Numbered from the stretch's first letter, positions 1-9,616 are shown. The stretch is DNA of 32,000 bases from Patescibacteria group bacterium (GCA_041674405.1 JBAYVT010000005.1:1-32000), one strand, 5' to 3'. A program made the numbers and translations. The notes: generated from the sequence alone by a model not told the origin.

Positions 1-7
1 GGATTAT

Positions 8-34
8 GGTGACCCGAATGGGCACCTTTTTTTT
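8..34 (+). terminator. Rho-independent terminator of an upstream gene outside the window
   Basis: GGTG-a-CCC gaat GGG-CACC hairpin followed by TTTTTTTT. Confidence 0.75.
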
Positions 35-203
35 AACACAATTTTTATTTAGCCTGCTTAATCATTGAAATTTGTGTATAACTTTAAGGAAACTCAAAGG
101 ATTAGTGCGATATAATTAAATTAGACAACTTAATAACAATTTAACAATTTAAAAACTCCTCGATCTGCCAGCCGGCGGACTCGGGGCAAAGGAGACAAAC
201 AAA

Positions 204-1370
204 ATGGCACAGGAAGTGAACCCATTCATGGCAGCGATCGACGAGATCTGTAATGAAAAAGGGCTTAAAAAAGAAACTATCATTGAGGCAGTTGAGGCAG
301 CACTGGCTGCAGCATACCGCAAAGATTATGGCAAACCAAAGCAAGTAATTCGCGCCAAAATGGATCCGGTTACCGGTGAAGCAAAAATGTTCCGTGTTTT
401 CGAGATTTTGGAGACAGAGGAAGAAGTTGAGGAAAAAGAACAACAGCTTACGCTTTCTGAAGCAAAAAAATTAGATAAAAAAGCTGAAATTGGCGGAGAG
501 GTGACGATTCCACTTCCCAAAGAAGAAGAGTTTGGCAGAATCGCCGCACAGACTGCAAAACAGGTTATCATTCAGCGAATTCGCGAAGCCGAACGAGATA
601 TGCTCTTCTCCGAATTCAAGGACAAAGAAGGTGCGGTCATGAATGCTACTGTACAACAGATCGAAGGCAGAAACGTTATTGTTTCTCTTGGTAAGGCCAA
701 TGGAATTATGTTTCCGTCCGACCAGATAAAGGATGAAAAGTATTATATCGGCCAAAGGATAAAGGTCTATGTGCGTGAAGTCGCCGAAACCACGCGTGGG
801 CCACAAATAGTCACGTCCAGAACCGATGAAGGCTTAATCCGAGGGTTATTTGAGTCTGAAGTACCCGAGATTGCTACTGGTACGGTTGAAATTAAAAGCA
901 TCGCCCGTGAAGCTGGATCGCGAACCAAAATTGCAGTTATTGCCAACGAAGAGGGTATTGATCCCGTCGGATCATGCGTTGGCCAGCGCGGTACTCGAGT
1001 CCAAGCAATTCTGGCTGAAATTGGTGAAGAAAAGATTGACATTGTCTTGTGGGATGAGGATGTCGAACAATTTATTATGAACGCTCTCTCACCGGCAAAA
1101 ACAAAAGAGATTCTTATCTCATCAAAAGACAATAAGGCAACAGTTACTGTCGACAAAGACAGCCTGTCACTTGCCATCGGTAAAGGCGGACAGAATGTGC
1201 GCCTGGCGTCAAAATTAACCGGATGGGGAATTGACATTAAAAAATCCGACGAGGAAGAAGAGGCGGGCAATAACGAAACGGCTAACGAAGAAATTAACAA
1301 AGAGAAAAAGGATTCTGAAGCGGAAGAAATACCAGATAAAGCAGTTGAAGAATCTAATCAATCCGAATAA
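204..1370 (+). CDS. nusA: Transcription termination/antitermination factor NusA
   Basis: 388 aa ORF; NusA N-terminal domain, S1/KH motifs (VASCVGQRG-like DPVGSCVGQRGTRVQAI, SLAIGKGGQNVRLASKLTGW); acidic C-terminal tail; GGAG SD upstream. Confidence 0.95.
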   Translation: MAQEVNPFMAAIDEICNEKGLKKETIIEAVEAALAAAYRKDYGKPKQVIRAKMDPVTGEAKMFRVFEILETEEEVEEKEQQLTLSEAKKLDKKAEIGGEVTIPLPKEEEFGRIAAQTAKQVIIQRIREAERDMLFSEFKDKEGAVMNATVQQIEGRNVIVSLGKANGIMFPSDQIKDEKYYIGQRIKVYVREVAETTRGPQIVTSRTDEGLIRGLFESEVPEIATGTVEIKSIAREAGSRTKIAVIANEEGIDPVGSCVGQRGTRVQAILAEIGEEKIDIVLWDEDVEQFIMNALSPAKTKEILISSKDNKATVTVDKDSLSLAIGKGGQNVRLASKLTGWGIDIKKSDEEEEAGNNETANEEINKEKKDSEAEEIPDKAVEESNQSE

Positions 1371-1404
1371 CAATTCTTTTTCTCTCATATAAAACGAGAG
1401 GAAA

Positions 1405-3936
1405 ATGAACCCAAATATATTTGAAAAATTCTCGCCAAATTTGAAGAAGGCCCTTATCATGGCCGAACGAATTTCGCGTGAGCAAAATATGAAAATGGAC
1501 ACTGAACATTTACTTTTGGCTTTGATTCTATTGAAAGGAACCTTAGCCAATGACATCCTTACTATGTTTGAGGTAAATGACGATCGCGTCCAATTGATAG
1601 CAAGCCTGGTCTCTAAAACAGAAGCGGAATCGCCATCCGATGGAATGAAGAAAACTGCAAAAGAAGCAATTCAATTTGCTGTACAATTTGCATCAAAATA
1701 TCATCATTCATTTGTTGATTGCGAGCACCTGCTTATTGCCCTTATTTCCAAAAAACAATTTAATTCTTATTTGATTATTGAGCGGATGGGAGTTAATCCT
1801 CTTGATATCAAAAAGCAAATTGAATCAATTTTTTCCGAGATTGATAAATCGAGGGCTCCAGAGGGAATCAATATCGACGACATTCCGGAACCTCCAGTTG
1901 ACGAAGAGCGCATTGATATGGGTGGAATGGGACCGATGGGAGGCATGGGACCGATGCCCGGGATGCCGCCCACCATGACCATGAAAAAACAATCAATTTT
2001 GAAGCAGTTTACATCTGATATTACTGCTATGGCAGAAAAAGGAGAGCTCGACCCCGTGGTCGGCCGAGACAATGAGATTGCAAGATTGGTTCAAATTCTT
2101 TCACGAAGAAAAAAGAATAACCCCGTCCTTATCGGTGAGCCGGGCACCGGAAAAACAGCAATTGTCGAGGGTCTAGCCGAAAGGATTGTAAATGGGGCAG
2201 TGCCATCCTCAATCGTAAACAAGAAGGTTCTGTCTCTTGATATGGGATCGCTTCTCGCTGGCACGATGTATCGCGGCCAATTTGAACAACGGATCAAGGG
2301 CATCCTTGAAGAAATTAAGAAGCAAAAAGATATCATTCTCTTTATTGATGAAATTCACACGGTTATCGGAACGGGGTCAGCTGAAGGGTCAATGGATGCA
2401 GCGAATATTTTGAAGCCAGCCCTTGGAAGAGGAGAAATCAGGCTGATCGGCGCAACTACTTTTGATGAATACAAAAAACACATCGAAAAAGACCCGGCTT
2501 TCGAACGCAGATTCCAGCCGGTCATTGTAAACGAACCGAGCGAAGCCGAAACCTTGGACATTCTTACGGGAATAAGGGAGAAATACGAACATCACCACCA
2601 TGTAGTATATACTGATGATGCGCTTCAGGCAGCAGTTACTCTTTCAAAAAGATATATCCAGGACAGGTTTTTACCAGACAAAGCAATCGACCTTATTGAT
2701 GAAGCCGCTGCTGCAACGAATGTAATAACACGAGAAGCCGCCAAGCTCTCTGAACTCAAAAAAGAGTATGGCCGGATCATGACACAGAAAGACGAGGCCG
2801 TTTCAGGTGAACAATATGAAAAAGCAACATTTTTGCGCCAGCGTGAAATCACGCTTGCCGCAAAAATAGCCAGGCTCGAAGAAACTGAACGCAAGAATAA
2901 AAAAACGACAATTGATCAAGATGATATTGCTGCTGTTGTTTCCCGTTGGACCGGAATTCCGGTGACAAATCTTTCTGTTTCCGAAAAGAAGAATTTTTTG
3001 AATCTCGACGATCGATTAAAGAAATATATAGTCGGGCAAGACGAAGCGATCAAATCAATCACTTCCGCCATTCGAAGATCAAGGATTGGTATTTCTGATC
3101 CCAAAAGACCCATTGGTTCATTCATTTTCCTCGGCCCAACCGGGGTTGGCAAAACAGAGTTGGTTAAAGTTTTGGCTCGTGAGATTTTTGGCAAAGAAGA
3201 TGCCCTTATTAAAATCGATATGTCTGAATTTATGGAAAAACATAATGTTTCCAGGCTTGTTGGCGCTCCTGCCGGCTATGTCGGATATGAAGAAGGCGGA
3301 AAACTGACCGAAACCGTGAGGAGGAAGCCTTACTCGGTTATTTTGCTGGACGAGATCGAAAAAGCCCATCCCGAAGTTTTCAATATTCTCCTGCAAATAA
3401 TGGAAGATGGAGAACTTACAGATGCCAAAGGAAGGCGTGTTGATTTTCGCAACACATTGATTGTGATGACTTCAAATTTGGGCACAGACCTCCTAAATAA
3501 ACAGGCAAAGATTGGCTTTGAATCAAATTCGAATGAAAAAGAAGAATTTGATTCAGAATATGGCAAAATGAAAAATAATGTGCTTGAAACTATAGAAAAG
3601 CATTTTCGTCCTGAATTTATTAACCGCCTTGATCAAACAATAGTTTTCAAACCTTTATCAAAAGAGGTAATCCGCTCAATCGTTGATATTGAACTTGATA
3701 AATTGATTGATCGCATCAAAACAAAAAACATCACAATCAAAGTCAGCAAAAAGGCCAAAGACAAGATTGCCGAATTGGGATACAAGCCGGAATTCGGTGC
3801 GAGACCCATGCGCAAAGTGATTGTGGACAATATCGAAAATCCTCTTACGGAGGCGCTGATGGTTGAAGAATTCAAATCCGGTGATATTGTAAAGATAGAT
3901 TTATTGGGCGGCAAGTTCATATTATCGAGAGTTTAG
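1405..3936 (+). CDS. clpC: ATP-dependent Clp protease ATP-binding subunit, ClpC/ClpB family
   Basis: 843 aa; Clp_N double repeat ([21 protein letters not shown]), two Walker A motifs ([25 protein letters not shown]), MTSNLG; Gly/Met/Pro-rich linker [18 protein letters not shown]. Confidence 0.93.
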   Translation: MNPNIFEKFSPNLKKALIMAERISREQNMKMDTEHLLLALILLKGTLANDILTMFEVNDDRVQLIASLVSKTEAESPSDGMKKTAKEAIQFAVQFASKYHHSFVDCEHLLIALISKKQFNSYLIIERMGVNPLDIKKQIESIFSEIDKSRAPEGINIDDIPEPPVDEERIDMGGMGPMGGMGPMPGMPPTMTMKKQSILKQFTSDITAMAEKGELDPVVGRDNEIARLVQILSRRKKNNPVLIGEPGTGKTAIVEGLAERIVNGAVPSSIVNKKVLSLDMGSLLAGTMYRGQFEQRIKGILEEIKKQKDIILFIDEIHTVIGTGSAEGSMDAANILKPALGRGEIRLIGATTFDEYKKHIEKDPAFERRFQPVIVNEPSEAETLDILTGIREKYEHHHHVVYTDDALQAAVTLSKRYIQDRFLPDKAIDLIDEAAAATNVITREAAKLSELKKEYGRIMTQKDEAVSGEQYEKATFLRQREITLAAKIARLEETERKNKKTTIDQDDIAAVVSRWTGIPVTNLSVSEKKNFLNLDDRLKKYIVGQDEAIKSITSAIRRSRIGISDPKRPIGSFIFLGPTGVGKTELVKVLAREIFGKEDALIKIDMSEFMEKHNVSRLVGAPAGYVGYEEGGKLTETVRRKPYSVILLDEIEKAHPEVFNILLQIMEDGELTDAKGRRVDFRNTLIVMTSNLGTDLLNKQAKIGFESNSNEKEEFDSEYGKMKNNVLETIEKHFRPEFINRLDQTIVFKPLSKEVIRSIVDIELDKLIDRIKTKNITIKVSKKAKDKIAELGYKPEFGARPMRKVIVDNIENPLTEALMVEEFKSGDIVKIDLLGGKFILSRV

Positions 3937-3958
3937 TCTGAATTTTTAAATAAAAGAA

Positions 3959-3990
3959 AATTCCGGCTAAAATACTTGCCGGAATTTTTT
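3959..3990 (+). terminator. Rho-independent terminator of clpC
   Basis: AATTCCGGC taaaatactt GCCGGAATT with TTTTTT tail. Confidence 0.8.
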
Positions 3991-3995
3991 GAAAA

Positions 3996-5882
3996 ATGAT
4001 CAAAGAATTAGAACAAAAACTTCTAAATAGCGCAAAATATCTTGGAACAAATGGCCAGAATGCTCTTTTGGGTGCAATTGCTTTCGCCAAAAAGCAACAT
4101 CGCGGACAAAAGCGGCGGACCGGAGAGCCGTATATTTCACACCCCTTAAGCGTGGCTTTCATGCTTGCAGAACAAAAATTCGATCTTGAGACAATTATTG
4201 GAGCGCTTCTTCACGACACACTAGAGGATGGCAAAACAAGCTTTGACGAGATAAAAAAAGAATTTGGCACAAACATTGCCGGTTTAGTCGAGGGAGTAAC
4301 AAAAATATCCAATATAAAACTCAAGGAACTAACATTGGATTTTGATTCAGATGATATATACGAGGGACAGGTTGATACTTATCGAAAACTTCTTCTAGCC
4401 ATGGCAAAAGACATTCGCGTAATTATTATTAAACTTTTTGATCGCTACCATAACGCGCAAACCTTTAGCTGGCTTCCACCGCAAAAACGAGAGTTCTATG
4501 CGAGAGAAACTATTGATATATATGCCCAAATTGCTGAACGTATTGGAATAGGCAGAATTAAATCCGAACTGGAAGATTTGTCGTTTCAATTTGCCTATCC
4601 GGATGAGTACGAAGAATATCAAACTAAATTTTCCAAATTGAAAATCAAAGAAAATTTGATCGATCAAAAAATAAAAGAGATCAGAAGAGAGTTTTCTTCA
4701 CGCAACCTAAAACCAATTGATATATACGGAAGGGTCAAGCACAGCTACTCAACTTATCGCAAATTAAAATATTCTTATGACTGGAACATCGAGCGATTTT
4801 ATGATCTCTACGCCATACGCGTGATCGTAAATTCTGTTGAAGATTGTTATCGTGCACTGGGAATTGTTCACTCAATATATACTCCTATTCCCGGAACATT
4901 CGATGATTATATTGCTAAACCGAGAGCGAATGGTTACCAATCGCTCCATTCGGCATTGCACGACGACAATGGCAATGCTTTTGAAATTCAGTTTCGCACG
5001 CCGCAAATGCACGAAGTTGCTGAATACGGCATGGCCGCTCATTGGCATTACAAAGATTTAGTCAATGCCAAAAACGAGCATGCTATTAAACAAAGCCATA
5101 AAGAATGGGCCAGAGAATTAAAGAATCTCCATCGGATGGATGATAAAAAGCAATTTGTCTCCCACCTTAAAGACGATTTGTTCGCAGAAAAAATATTTGT
5201 GTTTACGCCGAAAGGTAAAATTATCAATCTTCCAGTGGATTCTACGCCGGTCGATTTCGCCTATGCCATCCACTCCACGGTTGGTGATCGATGCTTTGGC
5301 GCTAAATTGAATGGGCGAATGATACCCCTCGATTCAAAACTTAAAAACGGCGATATTATTGAAATTATTACCTCCGCTAAGGCCAGGCCATCAGTTGATT
5401 GGCTCTCGAGCGTCAAAACCAGCGGAGCTAAACAGAAAATCCGCCGATATTTGCGTGAAGCAAATCGTGATCTTAATATCGTTATTGGCAGGCGCGCGTT
5501 TAATGAAGCAATTGAAGAATTTAAATTACCAAGATTAGATGATGGTAAGCTTACTGAAAATCTTAAAAAATCTCGTCTCCCCTACAAAAACCTAGACGAT
5601 GCATTTGTCGCATTTTCAGAAAAAATGCTTTCCAAGGTTAATCTCCTAAAAGCCGTTTATCCATCTTTCACAACTACAGAAATTTGCGAAGTACCGAGAG
5701 AAGAATTACCTAAGGGAATAGATTCGTTAAGAGGTGTTAAATATGTTTATGCAGGTTGCTGCCGTCCATCATCCCCAGAAAACGCATTTGGTTATATCGG
5801 AAAAGACCATGTGATCAAAATTCACAAAAGATCGTGTAAGTTTCTCAAAAAAGCCGACGAGAAACGCGTAATCGAAATCTAA
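3996..5882 (+). CDS. rel: RelA/SpoT family (p)ppGpp synthetase/hydrolase, lacking a C-terminal ACT domain
   Basis: 628 aa; HD domain GALLHDTLEDG, synthetase domain (YIAKPRANGYQSLHS, EIQFRT), TGS domain (FVFTPKGKIINLPVDSTPVDFAYAIHS); ends shortly after a CC motif. Confidence 0.93.
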   Translation: MIKELEQKLLNSAKYLGTNGQNALLGAIAFAKKQHRGQKRRTGEPYISHPLSVAFMLAEQKFDLETIIGALLHDTLEDGKTSFDEIKKEFGTNIAGLVEGVTKISNIKLKELTLDFDSDDIYEGQVDTYRKLLLAMAKDIRVIIIKLFDRYHNAQTFSWLPPQKREFYARETIDIYAQIAERIGIGRIKSELEDLSFQFAYPDEYEEYQTKFSKLKIKENLIDQKIKEIRREFSSRNLKPIDIYGRVKHSYSTYRKLKYSYDWNIERFYDLYAIRVIVNSVEDCYRALGIVHSIYTPIPGTFDDYIAKPRANGYQSLHSALHDDNGNAFEIQFRTPQMHEVAEYGMAAHWHYKDLVNAKNEHAIKQSHKEWARELKNLHRMDDKKQFVSHLKDDLFAEKIFVFTPKGKIINLPVDSTPVDFAYAIHSTVGDRCFGAKLNGRMIPLDSKLKNGDIIEIITSAKARPSVDWLSSVKTSGAKQKIRRYLREANRDLNIVIGRRAFNEAIEEFKLPRLDDGKLTENLKKSRLPYKNLDDAFVAFSEKMLSKVNLLKAVYPSFTTTEICEVPREELPKGIDSLRGVKYVYAGCCRPSSPENAFGYIGKDHVIKIHKRSCKFLKKADEKRVIEI

Positions 5883-5998
5883 TAACACTGACAAACAGCC
5901 CACTGGATTAATACCAACTTTTAAAATAGTTTGCTTTTCCGGATTGCAACCACACTGATCTTTTACGCTGACTTCTCGCTGAGTTCTATCAAATAGTG

Positions 5999-6085
5999 GC
6001 TTTGCCCAGTGAAGAGCCCGAAACTGAACCCCGAAAGGGGCCCTTTGGGCCGAAGTGAATTTTGGAGTGTCTTCACGGGCAAAGC
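5999..6085. other. Long imperfect stem-loop in rel-hisS intergenic region
   Basis: GCTTTGCCC-a-GTGAAGA (5999-6015) pairs with TCTTCAC-GGGCAAAGC (6070-6085), one bulged A; smaller palindromes inside. Confidence 0.75.
6029..6051. repeat. Paired mini-hairpin element, copy A
   Basis: CCCC-GAAA-GGGG overlapping GGCCC-TTT-GGGCC. Confidence 0.6.
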
Positions 6086-6116
6086 AATACAATATATGCG
6101 TGCAGGAGTAAGGGTC

Positions 6117-6163
6117 TTAGGGGGCTAGAGGGCTGCCCCGCAATTAAGCCCTCTGCCCCCTAA
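6117..6163. other. Strong stem-loop in rel-hisS intergenic region
   Basis: TTAGGGGGC-t-AGAGGGCT / AGCCCTCT-GCCCCCTAA, 17 bp paired with one bulge, 12-nt loop. Confidence 0.8.
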
Positions 6164-6285
6164 CATAATGGCCATTCGATTTGGAGATTTCTCGGCTGAG
6201 CTCAGAATATCAATCTCGTGCCACTTTACAGACTTAGCACACTCTGATAACTTAATCCTTGAGTTCAATTAAATAAGTAGGCACC

Positions 6286-7584
6286 ATGCCGCAAAACAAA
6301 ACTTATCAAACTGCCCGCGGAGTTCGTGACATATTACCAGCCGAACAACCCTATTGGCAATTGTTACGCAAAACCTGCGAAGATGTAATGGAGAGCATTG
6401 GCTCACTTAGAATCGATCTTCCTACTTTTGAGAATGTCGAAATTTATACTCGCGGCCTCGGCACCGATACTGATATCGTTCAAAAGGGCATGTATCTTCT
6501 CGAATCGCGAGGAGAAAAAGAAGACCGAGAAACTTATGCGCTCCGTCCCGAAGGCACTGCCGGTGCCGTCCGTGCCTATATTCAAGATGGCATGGGCAGT
6601 TGGCCACAACCGGTCAAACTCTACTATATGGGACCAATGTTTCGCTATGATCGCCCGCAAAAAGGCCGATATAGAGAATTTTATCAATTTGGTTTCGAAA
6701 TTTTTGGCGATAATTCTGCAAAATCGGATTATTTAGCGATTATGTCCGCTTGGCAGATCCTAAAAAAAGTCGGGCTAAAAGACATTATCGTATATGCTAA
6801 TTCAATCGGCTGTCCAGAATGCCGGCCCAAATATTTGGCAAAACTCAAGAAATTTCTGAAAGATAACAAGGGCAAACTTTGCGAGGATTGCATACGCCGA
6901 ACTGAATCCAATCCGCTTCGCGCTCTTGATTGCAAAGTCGAGTCCTGCCAGAAACTCTTTTCGTCTGTGCCAAATATTCTTGATTCTCTTTGTAGTGAAT
7001 GCAGCACTCATTTTCAAAACACTCTTGAATATCTCGATTACTTCGGGATTCGTTATGATCTGGACCCGAAACTGGTGCGAGGACTTGATTATTATTCTCG
7101 TTCCGTTTTTGAAATTGCCGAGATTAAGGACAAAGAAAGGTCAGGTTCAATCGTCGGGGGTGGAAGATATGACGGATTGGTTGAAATTCTGGGCGGATCG
7201 GCCACTCCAGCAGTTGGTTATTCCTTTGGCATGGACCGCGTAGTTGAAATGATGAAAGAGCAGGGAATTAAGCCGCCCAAAAAACGAGGTGTCGAGGTTT
7301 GTATTCTCCAGCTCGGGGAGAAAGCAAAAGATGTCTCTAAAAAAATTTATGACATGTTGTCGGGTGGTGATGTAAATGTTTATTTTGTTCCATCAAACGA
7401 CAGCCTCCGCGCACAAATGCGGCAAGCTTCCAAGCTCGGTGCCACATATGCCGTTATTATAGGGCAAAAAGAGGCGTTCAAAGATGAAATTATTCTTCGT
7501 GATCTCAGAAATTCCTCCCAAGAAACCTTGCAGTCAAAGGATATTGCCGAGGAAATCAAAAAACGACTAAATGCAGAAATATAA
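6286..7584 (+). CDS. hisS: Histidyl-tRNA synthetase
   Basis: 432 aa; GVRDILPAE, class II motif 2 YYMGPMFRYDRPQKGRYREFYQFG, motif LVRGLDYYSRSVFE and GGGRYDGLVE. Confidence 0.96.
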   Translation: MPQNKTYQTARGVRDILPAEQPYWQLLRKTCEDVMESIGSLRIDLPTFENVEIYTRGLGTDTDIVQKGMYLLESRGEKEDRETYALRPEGTAGAVRAYIQDGMGSWPQPVKLYYMGPMFRYDRPQKGRYREFYQFGFEIFGDNSAKSDYLAIMSAWQILKKVGLKDIIVYANSIGCPECRPKYLAKLKKFLKDNKGKLCEDCIRRTESNPLRALDCKVESCQKLFSSVPNILDSLCSECSTHFQNTLEYLDYFGIRYDLDPKLVRGLDYYSRSVFEIAEIKDKERSGSIVGGGRYDGLVEILGGSATPAVGYSFGMDRVVEMMKEQGIKPPKKRGVEVCILQLGEKAKDVSKKIYDMLSGGDVNVYFVPSNDSLRAQMRQASKLGATYAVIIGQKEAFKDEIILRDLRNSSQETLQSKDIAEEIKKRLNAEI

Positions 7585-8086
7585 AACTCCGGATATAATC
7601 AAGCAAAAAGGAGATTTGAATGCACTTCGAAGCCAAAAGAGGAACGAAGTGTATTTAATCTTGGACAATATTCGATCAATGTATAATGTCGGCGCAATCT
7701 TCCGGACCGCCGATGCCGCGAGAGTTGAGAGGCTTTATCTTTGCGGAATTACCGCCACACCTCCGCGCAAAGAGATCGAAAAAACTGCACTTAAGACAAT
7801 TAATGAAGTGCCATGGGAACATGTTGATAAGACAATCGATATTGTTCGGAAATTAAAAAACAATGGAGTTCAAATCGTGGCGCTCGAGCAAACGGACCAA
7901 AGTATAGATTATCGAAAATTCAAGTTCGAAAAACCAGTAGCAATAATTCTTGGACACGAAACAATTGGGGTTGATGACGATGTTCTCTCCAAATCTGACG
8001 CAGTAGTTGATATTCCAATGTATGGAATAGCAAATTCCCTCAACGTGTCGGTCGCAACCGGAATAATCCTATATCACTTAATATGA
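7571..8086 (+). CDS. TrmH/SpoU family RNA 2'-O-ribose methyltransferase
   Basis: 171 aa; VYLILDNIRSMYNVGAIFRTADAA, PVAIILGHETIGVDDDVL, DIPMYGIANSLNVSVATGIILY. Confidence 0.92.
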   Translation: MQKYKTPDIIKQKGDLNALRSQKRNEVYLILDNIRSMYNVGAIFRTADAARVERLYLCGITATPPRKEIEKTALKTINEVPWEHVDKTIDIVRKLKNNGVQIVALEQTDQSIDYRKFKFEKPVAIILGHETIGVDDDVLSKSDAVVDIPMYGIANSLNVSVATGIILYHLI

Positions 8087-9420
8087 AAATCAATATTGAA
8101 AAAATTGTTTTTGCCGGATGCGGATTGGGTCACTTAAAATACGGCAAAAAACTTCAAGGCCATGAAAATAGCCCTGGAAAAGCTGTCTTCGTTAAGAAAG
8201 TGGTCCCTGGTGACATAGTCGAAATCAAACTGACCGATGAAAAAAAAGACCATGCTTTTGGCATTGTAAAAGAAGTGATAAAGCCGTCACCTATGCGTAT
8301 CGACCCTCCATGTCCATATTTCTACCAATGCGGGGGCTGCGAACACCAGAATCTGTCTTATCCGAATCAGCTAAAAATTAAAGATGAATTATTCAAAGAG
8401 TTGATCCAAAGAAGAGGAATTCAAATTAATTCCGAACCGATGATTTCCGGATCGAACCATCCGTTTTTTTACCGTAACTCGATAAGATTCTTCTTCATTA
8501 TTGATGAGAATAATAAAATTTCTTTTGCGCGTCATCATTTCAAATACGATCAAGGCTACGTGAAAGTGGATTCCTGTCTCTTGCAATCCGAAACATGCAA
8601 TACGATTATGTCGAGACTCAAAGAATATATTAATGAAAAAGTTGAACATAAATCAGCCTTTTGGCAGCTCAAAGTTCGTGAGGGTAAAATGATCGGAGAT
8701 TTCATGGTCGAGATCATAACTTCTTCGGATGAGCTTCCGGACAAAAGTGGAATTGTGAATACGCTTAAAAGCATCAAGGGGGTCAAGTCGGTTTACCATA
8801 CCATTGCGCCAGGAAAATCGCTTAAAAAGTTACAACGACGGCTTTTATTCGGTAGTCCGGTAATTTACGAAAAAATTGGCACATACAACTTTCAAATTTC
8901 CCCGGAATCTTTTTTTCAAACCAATTCTCTTGGAGTGAAAACACTTTATGATGTAATTAAAAATTATGCCAATATCGAGGTAGGGGATAATGTTTTTGAT
9001 CTCTACTGCGGAACAGGAACAATAGGAATTTATCTCTCAACTTTGGCAAAAAATGTAACCGGGGTTGAAATTGTTCCGGAAGCGGTTCGTGATGCTATCG
9101 ATAACGCCAAAATTAACAAGCGCCACAATGTAGAATTTGTGCATAATGATGCCCTAAAATTTTTAGGTTCCTCTTCTTGTGAATTGGAAAACTCAATTAT
9201 TATTCTCGACCCGCCGCGTGCCGGATTAGATAAGCGTTTGATTAAAATACTTTCCAAGGTGAATTTTAAGCGAATTGTTTATACCTCCTGCAATCCGGCG
9301 ACGTTTGCTCGCGACATCAAGTACTTCAAAGAAGTCGGTCTTAAACTTACCCGGTTGCAGCCGATCGATATGTTTCCACAAACCCACCACATTGAATGCG
9401 TAGGTGTCATCGTTCGATGA
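8083..9420 (+). CDS. 23S rRNA (uracil-5-)-methyltransferase, RlmD/RumA-TrmA family
   Basis: 445 aa; TRAM-like N-terminus, 4Fe-4S cysteines CPYFYQCGGCEHQ, SAM motif VFDLYCGTGTIGIYLS, catalytic TSCNPATFARDI. Confidence 0.92.
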   Translation: MKINIEKIVFAGCGLGHLKYGKKLQGHENSPGKAVFVKKVVPGDIVEIKLTDEKKDHAFGIVKEVIKPSPMRIDPPCPYFYQCGGCEHQNLSYPNQLKIKDELFKELIQRRGIQINSEPMISGSNHPFFYRNSIRFFFIIDENNKISFARHHFKYDQGYVKVDSCLLQSETCNTIMSRLKEYINEKVEHKSAFWQLKVREGKMIGDFMVEIITSSDELPDKSGIVNTLKSIKGVKSVYHTIAPGKSLKKLQRRLLFGSPVIYEKIGTYNFQISPESFFQTNSLGVKTLYDVIKNYANIEVGDNVFDLYCGTGTIGIYLSTLAKNVTGVEIVPEAVRDAIDNAKINKRHNVEFVHNDALKFLGSSSCELENSIIILDPPRAGLDKRLIKILSKVNFKRIVYTSCNPATFARDIKYFKEVGLKLTRLQPIDMFPQTHHIECVGVIVR

Positions 9421-9557
9421 CTTAATGTCAAAAACCTAATTATAAATTTCAAATAAAAATTCTAAAAATCAAATTCAATAATTATGCTGGATGTAAATTT
9501 TATTTATCATTTGACATTTGAAATTTAATATTTGCCGAACTTATCCACAGGGCTCTA

Positions 9558-9596
9558 TTGACAATGTTCGGTGTTTGTTTGGTATCATTATATTAT
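9558..9596 (+). promoter_or_regulatory. Putative lexA promoter region
   Basis: TTGACA (9558-9563) with possible -10 TATCAT (9583-9588, 19-bp spacer) or TATTAT (9591-9596); overlaps operator-like sequence. Confidence 0.45.
9566..9580 (+). promoter_or_regulatory. Candidate LexA operator, lexA site 1
   Basis: GTTC-GGTGTTT-GTTT; shares an extended 21-bp pattern with sites at 9602-9616 and 16106-16120. Confidence 0.65.
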
Positions 9597-9601
9597 GAAC
9601 C

Positions 9602-9616
9602 GAACAAAAACCGAAT
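9602..9616 (-). promoter_or_regulatory. Candidate LexA operator, lexA site 2 (opposite orientation)
   Basis: GAAC-AAAAACC-GAAT on + (ATTC-GGTTTTT-GTTC on -). Confidence 0.65.

Noticed and set aside
767-1300. 177-aa ORF on the - strand opposite nusA
   Set aside because: Fully antisense to a well-supported nusA; Ser/Ile/Pro-rich shadow sequence with no domain features.
1909-1980. Gly/Met/Pro repeats in ClpC as a novel domain
   Set aside because: Short low-complexity linker between the Clp_N domain and AAA1; linker variability is common.
5769-6092. 107-aa - strand ORF over the rel 3' end and intergenic gap
   Set aside because: Driven by hairpin/repeat sequence in the gap; antisense to rel, no domain signature.
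6100-6285. Possible T-box leader upstream of hisS
   Set aside because: Gap length and hairpins prompted the idea, but no AGGGTGG/T-box motif or recognisable terminator-antiterminator was found.
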